A stretch of DNA of 64,000 bases from an uncultured Elusimicrobia bacterium. GTDB taxonomy: Bacteria > Elusimicrobiota > Elusimicrobia > 2-01-FULL-59-12. The DNA is taken from contig OY969767.1 in NCBI GenBank assembly GCA_963702895.1, positions 416,001 through 480,000 of the forward strand. Reading direction: 5' to 3'. A program made the position numbers and the translations under genes. Below are positions 48,998-57,259 of this stretch, piece by piece. Positions within the stretch are counted from its first letter, which is position 1. Each line of letters starts with the position of its first letter. The notes under the pieces were generated by a model. That model saw nothing but the letters and a program-made list of their open reading frames with translations. It ran no database searches and was not told the DNA's origin.

Positions 48998-49228
48998 CAT
49001 CGGCCAGTTCCTACCGTCTGAACCTGCCGCACTTTTTTGTCCCCTCTCCCGCCGCCAGGTGGGAGACCCGCGCTTCCGCAATTTCCTATAGCGCGCAGGT
49101 CCCACGGTCGTAAGTGGGAGGGTAAAGGGTGAGGGCAAGAGGCCACTGTCTCGGTGGCTGCGGAGTATCACTCGACTGCGGTGGATAAGGCCAGACTTTG
49201 AAATGATAAACTTGAAGCCTTCAATCCC

Positions 49229-50746
49229 ATGACGACACGCAAACGCATCGTGATTGTCGGTGCCGGCCCAGGGGGGCTGACCAGTGCCATGATCCTCGCC
49301 CACCGCGGTTTTGATGTCTCTGTGTACGAAAAGAATGCCGAGGTCGGCGGACGCAACGCCCCTCTACGCCTGGGGAACTACACCTTCGACACCGGCCCCA
49401 CGTTCCTCATGATGCGGTTCATCCTCGAGGAGATGTTCCAGGAAGCCGGCCACAAAGCCTCCGAGTATCTCGAATTCCGCGCTCTGGATCCGATGTATCG
49501 CCTGGTCTTCGACGACCGGGAGATCCTCGTGTCGTCCAACCCGGAGACGATGCGCGAACAGCTGCGCGCCGCCTTCGCGGAAAAGGACGCCGGCCTCGAC
49601 GCGTTTCTGCGGGAGGAAGGCAAACGCTTCGAGATGCTCTACCCCTGCATTCAGAGGGACTACGCGACCCTGGGTTCGATGTTGTCGATGGATCTGTTGC
49701 GCGCCTTTCCGTACCTTGCGGTCACGAAAACCGTCTTCCAGAACCTCGGTCGTTACTTTAAGGAAGAGAAGCTGCGCATGGTGTTCTCCTTCCAGTCGAA
49801 ATATCTCGGGATGTCGCCGTGGCAATGCCCGGCCTTCTTCACCATGCTGCCCTACATCGAGCACCGCTACGGGATCGAGCACGTAATCGGGGGCCTGAAC
49901 CGCATCTCCGCCGCGATGGCCCAGGCCGCCCGGGCCGAGGGCGCCGAGATTCGTTTGAAGACGCCGGTGGAAAAGCTCCTCCTCAACGGCCGCCGGGTGA
50001 CGGGGGTGAAGCTGGCCAGCGGTGAGGAGATCGCCGCCGATGCCGTCTTTTTAAACGCGGATTTCGGCCATGCGATGTCGCATTTGGTCCCGGAGGGGGT
50101 CCTGCGCAAATACGCCCCCGCCAAGCTGCGCCGGAAGGACTATTCCTGCTCCACGTTCATGATGTATCTCGGGCTCGACAAGCGCTATCCCCTCAACCAC
50201 CACACGATCATTTTCGCCAAGGACTACCGGAGTAATGTGAACGCCGTGTTTGGACAAGGGTCCCTCACCTCGGATCTTTCGGTGTATGTCCAGAACGCCT
50301 GCGTCAGCGATCCCACACTCGCGCCGGAAGGCCACTCCACCCTCTACATCCTCGCCCCGGCCCCGAACAACGATTCCGGGCTCGATTGGCCGGCCACCCA
50401 AACGGCATTCCGCAAGAACGTTTTGAGAATCATCAAAGAGCGCCTGAAACTGCCGGACCTGGAGGAGCACATTCGTGCCGAACGGATCATCACCCCGAAC
50501 GATTGGGAGCAGCAGGGCTCGATCTTCAAAGGCGCGACGTTCAACCTGTCCCACAAGTTCACGCAACTGCTCTACCTGCGGCCGCGCAATCGTTTTGAAG
50601 AACTCCAGGGCGTCTACCTCGTCGGCGGGGGGACGCACCCCGGCAGCGGCCTGCCGACGATTTTTGAATCGGCCCGCATCTCCTCCAATCTTTATTGCCA
50701 GGACACTGCTGTGCCCTTCCCGCCGCCCGCCGCGTTGAGGACCTGA
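49229..50746 (+). CDS. crtN: CrtI-family desaturase, probable C30 diapophytoene/squalene desaturase
   Basis: GAGPGG, FDTGPT, VGGGTHPGSGLP; operon context. Confidence 0.8.
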   Translation: MTTRKRIVIVGAGPGGLTSAMILAHRGFDVSVYEKNAEVGGRNAPLRLGNYTFDTGPTFLMMRFILEEMFQEAGHKASEYLEFRALDPMYRLVFDDREILVSSNPETMREQLRAAFAEKDAGLDAFLREEGKRFEMLYPCIQRDYATLGSMLSMDLLRAFPYLAVTKTVFQNLGRYFKEEKLRMVFSFQSKYLGMSPWQCPAFFTMLPYIEHRYGIEHVIGGLNRISAAMAQAARAEGAEIRLKTPVEKLLLNGRRVTGVKLASGEEIAADAVFLNADFGHAMSHLVPEGVLRKYAPAKLRRKDYSCSTFMMYLGLDKRYPLNHHTIIFAKDYRSNVNAVFGQGSLTSDLSVYVQNACVSDPTLAPEGHSTLYILAPAPNNDSGLDWPATQTAFRKNVLRIIKERLKLPDLEEHIRAERIITPNDWEQQGSIFKGATFNLSHKFTQLLYLRPRNRFEELQGVYLVGGGTHPGSGLPTIFESARISSNLYCQDTAVPFPPPAALRT

Positions 50747-50750
50747 TCGG

Positions 50751-52202
50751 GTGGACCCTGTCTCCTTAGCCCGGGAGGCCGCCCGCGACTGGCGAGGCCG
50801 GCCCCTTTCCGAGCGCCTCACCTTCTTCAAACGCCTGCGGCTGGTCCTCGCGCGGGATCGCGAACAGCTGGCGCACGAGCTCAGCCAAACGGCAGGCATG
50901 GTCCCTATGGAAGCGCTCTTGAGCGAGCTCTTCCCTGTCCTTGACCTGTTGAAGTACTACGAACGAGAGGCGCCCCGCATCTTGCGCCCGCGGACCCTGG
51001 GCTCGTCGATGAACTACCCTCACACGAAGGCCGAAACGCGCTACCGTCCTTACGGCGTCGTGCTGGTGGTGGCGCCCTCCAACTTCCCTTTCCAGCTTTC
51101 CATTGTCCCGGCCCTCTCGGCCGCCCTGGCGGGGAACGCGGTCGTCGTCAAAGTTTCCGAACTGCGGCCCGGGGTCACTCCGCTTCTGCGGGCTTGTGTC
51201 GAAAAAGCAGGCTTCCCCCCGAACCTTATTCAGTTTCTGGATGGAGGCGCCGAGACCGTGCGGGGATTGATCGGCGCTGGTCCCGACAAAATCTTTTTCA
51301 CGGGCGGTGAGCGCGCGGCGCGAGAGATCCTCAAAGAGGCCGCGGAACGCCTCATCCCCGCGGATATGGAGCTGGGAGGAAGCGATCCCATGATCGTGTT
51401 GGACGACGCGGACCTGGAGCGCGCCAGCCGCGGAGCGGTGTACGGGTCATTCTGCAACTCGGGCCAGGTCTGTGTGTCCGCCCGGCGCCTCTTTGTCCAG
51501 GCCTCCGTTTATGACGCCTTTTTAAGCCGCGTGCTCAAAGAAGTCCCGACGCTGCGGCAGGGACCCGGACTCGAATCGGAACTACCGCGCTTAATTTCGC
51601 CCCAGAGCGTGGATCGCTTGAAAAGCCTGGTGGAAGAGGCCGTGCGCGAAGGCGCCCGTTTGCTCACGCCCTGGCAATGGAAAGACGGTTTCCTGGCGCC
51701 GCTCGTCCTGGCGGACGTTGCGCCCGGCATGCGGATGATGAAAGAAGAAGTCTTCGGTCCTCTCATGATGCTCGCGCCCTTTCGCCAGGACGACGAGGCC
51801 ATCGCCCTGGCCAACGCGAGCCCCTTTGGACTCAACGCCAGCGTGTGGAGCCGCAACCTGAAGCGCGCTCAGGCGGTCGCGGCCCGGCTCGAAGCGGGCA
51901 GCTGCGCGATTAATGACGTTCTCAAGAACATCGGCCGCCCCGAGCTCCCGTTTGGCGGGGTAAAGAAGAGCGGCTTCGGCCGTTACCATGGGCCGGAAGG
52001 GCTTCTGGCCTTCTCGCAGACCTACGCGGTCGTCGAAAACAGCGCCCGGTCGTCTTCGGAGGTGAATTGGTTCCCTTATTCCGCGGAACGGTTCCGCCAC
52101 CTCTCGAATTTCATGGCGCTGCGGTTCGGCGAAGGCTCTTTCCTGGGCAAGATGTGGCGGTACCGTGAAACACTCCGATACTTCCGGGAGGTCATGAAAT
52201 GA
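50751..52202 (+). CDS. Aldehyde dehydrogenase (diapocarotenoid aldehyde dehydrogenase AldH/CrtNc-like)
   Basis: FTGG, MELGG, NSGQVC, EEVFGP, PFGGVK.SG.GR. Confidence 0.88.
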   Translation: MDPVSLAREAARDWRGRPLSERLTFFKRLRLVLARDREQLAHELSQTAGMVPMEALLSELFPVLDLLKYYEREAPRILRPRTLGSSMNYPHTKAETRYRPYGVVLVVAPSNFPFQLSIVPALSAALAGNAVVVKVSELRPGVTPLLRACVEKAGFPPNLIQFLDGGAETVRGLIGAGPDKIFFTGGERAAREILKEAAERLIPADMELGGSDPMIVLDDADLERASRGAVYGSFCNSGQVCVSARRLFVQASVYDAFLSRVLKEVPTLRQGPGLESELPRLISPQSVDRLKSLVEEAVREGARLLTPWQWKDGFLAPLVLADVAPGMRMMKEEVFGPLMMLAPFRQDDEAIALANASPFGLNASVWSRNLKRAQAVAARLEAGSCAINDVLKNIGRPELPFGGVKKSGFGRYHGPEGLLAFSQTYAVVENSARSSSEVNWFPYSAERFRHLSNFMALRFGEGSFLGKMWRYRETLRYFREVMK

Positions 52203-53704
52203 TTCCACGAAAAGAAAAGGTTGTCGTCATCGGCGGGGGGCTGGGCGGCCTGTCGGCCGCGATTTCGTTGGCGACGGAGGGCTTTTCGGTCCGACTTCTT
52301 GAGAAAAACGACAAGCTCGGCGGCAAACTCAACGTCCTCACCAAAGACGGCTTCACCTTCGACCTGGGGCCTTCCATTCTCACACTGCCCCATTTCTTCC
52401 GGCGTTTGTTCGAAAAGGCGGGACGCCGGATGCAGGATTACGTCAAAATCTTCGAGCTCCAGCCGCATTGGCGCAACTTTTTCGAAGACGGCGCAGTGAT
52501 CGACCTCTCGTCCGACATGCGGGTGATGGAGGATGAACTCCGCAAAGTCACCCCGGAAGAGGCGCGCGGCTTCTACGCTTTTCTCGACTACTCCCGCAAG
52601 CTCTACGCGCTCACCGACTCCGGCTATTTCGAGAAGGGGCTGGAATCCTTCGGCGAACTCGTGCGCCATTACGGCATGAGGCAGAGCCTCGGCTTTGACG
52701 CCTTCCGGACGCTCGATGCCGGTGTCCGGCGGTTTGTCCCGGCGGGCAAGCTCGCCGACATTCTCAATTACTTCATCAAGTACGTGGGCTCGTCCCCGTA
52801 CGATGCGCCCGCCCTTTTGAACCTGATCCCGTACGCCCAATTCGGATACGGACTCTGGTATGTCGAGGGAGGGATGTACGCGCTCGCGGGCGCCTTGCAG
52901 AAGCTGGCGGGGGAGCTGGGGGTGACCTGCACGGTCGGCGAGGAAGTCTCAGAGATTCTCCAGGCCGGCTCCCGGGCCACGGGCGTACGCACCCGGAGCG
53001 GAAGCGTGATCGCCGCCGACATCGTGGTCTCCAACATGGAAGTGATCCCGGCGCACGAACGCTTGCTGAAGACGCCGCCGGCCCTCATGGCCCGTCTGGA
53101 GCGTTTCGCCCCCTCGTGTTCCGGATTTGTCCTGCATTTAGGGGTCCGCCGCCAGTATCCGCACCTGGCGCACCACAATTTCTTCTATTCCCGGGATTCG
53201 AAAAAACATTTCCGCACCATCTTCCACGACCACACGCTGTCCCAGGATCCCACCATTTATCTCGTCGCGCCCACCCGGACGGATCCCGCGCAGGCGCCGG
53301 CCGGGTGTGACGTCATCAAGATTCTGCCGCATATCCCGTCCCTGGACGCGCAACATCCTTTCAGTTCTGCCGACTTTCAGGCTTACCGGGAACGGGTGCT
53401 AACAAAACTCGAACGCATGGGCCTCACGGATTTGCGCAAGTCCATCGTGTGCGAGGACCAATGGACGCCGGCCGATATTCAGGCGCGCTATTACTCGAAC
53501 AAAGGCTCGATCTACGGCGTCCTCTCCGATCGCTGGAAGAACCTCGGTTTTAAGGCGCCCCGGCGCAGCCCGCTGTGCCCCAACGTCTATTTTGTGGGCG
53601 GAAGCGTGAACCCCGGCGGCGGCATGCCGATGGTGGTGCTCTCCGGCCAGCTCGTCCGGGACAAAATCCTTCAGGACCTCTCTGGCGGCCGGCCTTCCAC
53701 TTAA
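52199..53704 (+). CDS. crtP: Diapolycopene/diaponeurosporene oxidase (CrtP/CrtNb)
   Basis: GGGLGGLSAA, FDLGPSILT, FVGGSVNPGGGMPMVVLSG. Confidence 0.82.
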   Translation: MIPRKEKVVVIGGGLGGLSAAISLATEGFSVRLLEKNDKLGGKLNVLTKDGFTFDLGPSILTLPHFFRRLFEKAGRRMQDYVKIFELQPHWRNFFEDGAVIDLSSDMRVMEDELRKVTPEEARGFYAFLDYSRKLYALTDSGYFEKGLESFGELVRHYGMRQSLGFDAFRTLDAGVRRFVPAGKLADILNYFIKYVGSSPYDAPALLNLIPYAQFGYGLWYVEGGMYALAGALQKLAGELGVTCTVGEEVSEILQAGSRATGVRTRSGSVIAADIVVSNMEVIPAHERLLKTPPALMARLERFAPSCSGFVLHLGVRRQYPHLAHHNFFYSRDSKKHFRTIFHDHTLSQDPTIYLVAPTRTDPAQAPAGCDVIKILPHIPSLDAQHPFSSADFQAYRERVLTKLERMGLTDLRKSIVCEDQWTPADIQARYYSNKGSIYGVLSDRWKNLGFKAPRRSPLCPNVYFVGGSVNPGGGMPMVVLSGQLVRDKILQDLSGGRPST

Positions 53705-54157
53705 ATGCGCGTTGGCGTTCGTTCGTGGCGCTTGGGAGCCCTCCTCGCCGTGACCTCGATGGCCCTGGGTCAAACCCATCCCGAAGCCGGCAACCTCACC
53801 GTGACCGTGGAAGGCCTCCTTCCCAAGACCGGCCTTGTGCGCGTCGCCTTGTTCCAATCCGCGGACGGCTTTCCAGGAAACACGAACAAGGCTTTCTCGA
53901 TCACCCGGGCGGCTGTCACATCGAGCCGGGAGACCCTCACATTCGAGAATATCCCTTATGGATCCTACGCCATCAGCGTCTACCAGGATTTGAACAAGGA
54001 CCATCGGTTGAACAAATCATTTTTCGGGATTCCCAAAGAACCGGTCGGGTTTTCCAATGACCCGCCCATGAGAAAAGGGCCGCCGCATTTTGAGGACGCT
54101 GTCTTCCTCTTCAAGGATCCGTCGAAGACAGCCATGGTTCACCTCAGGACGCGATAA
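53705..54157 (+). CDS. DUF2141 secreted protein
   Basis: G.YAISVYQDLN...FFGIPKEPVGFSN. Confidence 0.85.
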   Translation: MRVGVRSWRLGALLAVTSMALGQTHPEAGNLTVTVEGLLPKTGLVRVALFQSADGFPGNTNKAFSITRAAVTSSRETLTFENIPYGSYAISVYQDLNKDHRLNKSFFGIPKEPVGFSNDPPMRKGPPHFEDAVFLFKDPSKTAMVHLRTR

Positions 54158-55290
54158 TGCCGGATTGGGCTCACTCCTTCCTCGCGCTTGACCTTAGCCT
54201 GTGGCTTCACGCGTCGTTTTGGATCGTTGGTTTTCTGGTCCTTTTTCGAATACGCGCCTTGGGGGATTCTCGGGGAAGCATACCGCCCGGGAAACCTTCC
54301 GTGTCGGTGATTATTCCCGCGCGAAATGAGGCGGAACGCCTGCCGCCCCTTTTGGATTCGCTTCAGCGCCAATCGGCCCCGCCGTTGGAAATTCTCGTGG
54401 TGGACGACCACTCCACAGATGGCACCGCTCTCCTGGCGGCAGGCAGGGGCGCCAGCGTTCTTTCCTCCCAAGCGCTCCCTGAAACGTGGCTGGGAAAACC
54501 CTGGGCTTGTTATCAAGGGGCTCTTCGCGCCAAGGGGGATCTGCTCATTTTTCTCGACGCGGACGTCGTGCTCGAAAAAACGGGACTCGAGAAAATAGCC
54601 GCCGCCCAGCATCAGAGCGGTGGTGCCCTCTCTGTCCTCCCTTATCACACGGTGCAGACAGCGGCAGAACAATTCTCCGCCTTTTTCAATCTCATTCAGG
54701 CCGCCGGCTCCAATGCGTTCACCTTGATGGGCCCTCGGGTCACTCATCCACGCCCCTTTGGCCCGGTGCTGGTGGTTTCCAAAAAGGATTATTTGAAATT
54801 CGGTGGACACGAGGCCGTCAAAGGCAGTGTGGTCGAGAACTATTCGCTCGCCGAACATCTTCGCCAGCACAAGATCCCCTTAACCTGTTATGTGGGAGAG
54901 AAAGCCGTCAATTTCAGGATGTATGCAGGAGGCCTACGGGACATCGTGGCTGGCTGGAACAAGTCTTTTTCGTCGGGAGCCAAGGGAACGCCGCCGGGCG
55001 TCCTCATTGGCCTTTGCCTCTGGCTGACGGGTTGCTTGGGAACGGCCCGGCACCTGGGGACCTCCCTTGGGATGGGAAGAACCGGGGAACTCCCCTTGCT
55101 CCTGTTCTTCTATGGCCTGTATGTCTTTCAAATTCGCCGGTGGCTGAACCAACTGGGGACGTTTCATTTTCTCACCTCCCTCTTCTTCCCCATCCCCGCG
55201 GTCTTTTTTGTTCTGGTGTTTGTGAAGTCCGCTGTTTCCTCGATGATGCATCGACCCTCGACCTGGAAAGGGAGACACATTCCTTCATGA
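54157..55290 (+). CDS. crtQ: GT2 glycosyltransferase, CrtQ-like
   Basis: VIIPARNE, VDDHSTDGT, WLGKPWAC, FLDAD, FRMY. Confidence 0.8.
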   Translation: MPDWAHSFLALDLSLWLHASFWIVGFLVLFRIRALGDSRGSIPPGKPSVSVIIPARNEAERLPPLLDSLQRQSAPPLEILVVDDHSTDGTALLAAGRGASVLSSQALPETWLGKPWACYQGALRAKGDLLIFLDADVVLEKTGLEKIAAAQHQSGGALSVLPYHTVQTAAEQFSAFFNLIQAAGSNAFTLMGPRVTHPRPFGPVLVVSKKDYLKFGGHEAVKGSVVENYSLAEHLRQHKIPLTCYVGEKAVNFRMYAGGLRDIVAGWNKSFSSGAKGTPPGVLIGLCLWLTGCLGTARHLGTSLGMGRTGELPLLLFFYGLYVFQIRRWLNQLGTFHFLTSLFFPIPAVFFVLVFVKSAVSSMMHRPSTWKGRHIPS

Positions 55291-55760
55291 GAATGATCGT
55301 GCTTTCCACGTCCGCCACGATCATTGTGGACGTGTGCGCCTGGCTTCTCCTGCACATCGGCATTTCCAAATGGCTGACCGGCTGGGACGTAAGCCGTTTC
55401 AATCCCGGCCGCTGGCTTTACCGGGAACGCCGCTGGGAAGAGGGAGGCCTGTTCTACAAAAGAGTGTTCCGGGTTCAGCGTTGGAAAAAATGGCTGCCCG
55501 ACGCGGCCCCCTGGTTCAAGGGCGGATTGGCCAAGAAAAACCTTCCTCCCTTGTCGAGAGATTCCCTTGAAAGGTTTATTGTTGAAACCTGCCGGGGAGA
55601 ATTGGCCCACTGGATTTCAATGGGAATGGCTCCGATCTTCTTTTTCTGGAACCTCCCCTGGGTGGGGGGACTGATGATCCTTTATGCGCTGGCCGCCAAC
55701 CTGCCTTGCATCATCACCCAACGCTATAACCGAGTTCGTCTTTCACATCTTCTGGAGTAA
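55287..55760 (+). CDS. crtO: Glycosyl-diapocarotenoate acyltransferase, CrtO-like
   Basis: WKKWLPD, FIVETCRGELAHW, NLPCIITQRYNR; ATGA overlap. Confidence 0.82.
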   Translation: MRMIVLSTSATIIVDVCAWLLLHIGISKWLTGWDVSRFNPGRWLYRERRWEEGGLFYKRVFRVQRWKKWLPDAAPWFKGGLAKKNLPPLSRDSLERFIVETCRGELAHWISMGMAPIFFFWNLPWVGGLMILYALAANLPCIITQRYNRVRLSHLLE

Positions 55761-55782
55761 CCGGGGTCAGGATTCTCTGAGA

Positions 55783-56183
<401 letters not shown>

Positions 56184-56230
56184 CGACGATCTTGTCCAAC
56201 TCCGCCGCATTCCAAAGAAGTGGGCGTTAG

Positions 56231-56734
56231 ATGAAAAAACGCATCGTCGTCAACGACCGGATGCAGTGGAATTATGCCTACGATCGCACCGAGCCGGTAG
56301 GCCGCCATTTTGCTCCCGACTTTAGCCCCGAACTCACCCCCAAGCAAATGCTCCGGCTCGGAGTCTTTGGCGGCAAGTACATGACCGACTGCCGGAAGGA
56401 ATTTCCAGCGGACGGGTTCGCCCGCGCCAAACTCTCCCCGGACCGGCGTGATCCCGACCTGAATTATTTTGAAGTGAACGCCTCCCAGCCGTTATCGGCG
56501 TGGCGGCAAAACGGCTGGATCCATCCGGAGGATCCGCGAGGCTGGTTTCAGTGGTATTGCCGCTATTACATGGGCAGGCGCTGCGAGGATGATGCGCGGC
56601 AGATTCAACGGTGGAAGGCCATCCGCCGGCACATCGCCCAGCTCAAGAAACATTGCCCTCCCGGCGCGCTCCACTGCCGCCGCCGGCAGCGCCAGGTGTT
56701 GCTCCACTGGGCCTATGACTCAAGGCGAATCTGA
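56231..56734 (+). CDS. Conserved-looking hypothetical protein
   Basis: FSPELTPKQMLRLGVFGGKY...DPRGWFQWYCRYYMGRR...RQVLLHWAY. Confidence 0.8.
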   Translation: MKKRIVVNDRMQWNYAYDRTEPVGRHFAPDFSPELTPKQMLRLGVFGGKYMTDCRKEFPADGFARAKLSPDRRDPDLNYFEVNASQPLSAWRQNGWIHPEDPRGWFQWYCRYYMGRRCEDDARQIQRWKAIRRHIAQLKKHCPPGALHCRRRQRQVLLHWAYDSRRI

Positions 56735-56812
56735 CCTGGAGAAGCGTATAATCTTAAAGAACGAACGAAAAAGCATTCAGGGGTCTTCAAGGGATCCCTA
56801 CAGGAGGTGGCC

Positions 56813-57247
56813 ATGAATCAGAAGATTCTGCAGCGGTTGGAACGCTTTGAGAATGTCATCATTGTCGCGCTGATCGGTTTGATGGTTCTGGTGGTGGGAC
56901 TCTCCACCGTGGAACTGGCGGTCGTTCTGGGCCGGGATATCTTGTACAGCCCGTGGCATTTGCCGGGAATCACGGAGTTGCTCGAGATTTTCGGCATGTT
57001 CTTGCTCGTGCTCTTGGGCCTGGAGCTTTTGGAGGTCATCAAGGCGTATCTCGTCGAGCATGCGATCCATGTGGAGATCGTGATGGTCGTGGCGCTCATC
57101 GCCATCGCCCGGAAAGTGATTATCCTGGATTTGAAGTCGACCCAAGCCATGATGCTTCTGGCCATTGGAGTCATTATTCTGACGCTCTCGATCGGTTACT
57201 ATCTGATCGCCAAAGTGCATCAGGGTCGACACCCCCCGAAATCCTAA
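56813..57247 (+). CDS. PsiE-family membrane protein
   Basis: FLLVLLGLELLE, VALIAIARKVIILD; AGGAGG RBS. Confidence 0.85.
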   Translation: MNQKILQRLERFENVIIVALIGLMVLVVGLSTVELAVVLGRDILYSPWHLPGITELLEIFGMFLLVLLGLELLEVIKAYLVEHAIHVEIVMVVALIAIARKVIILDLKSTQAMMLLAIGVIILTLSIGYYLIAKVHQGRHPPKS

Positions 57248-57259
57248 TAGAGGAGATCT

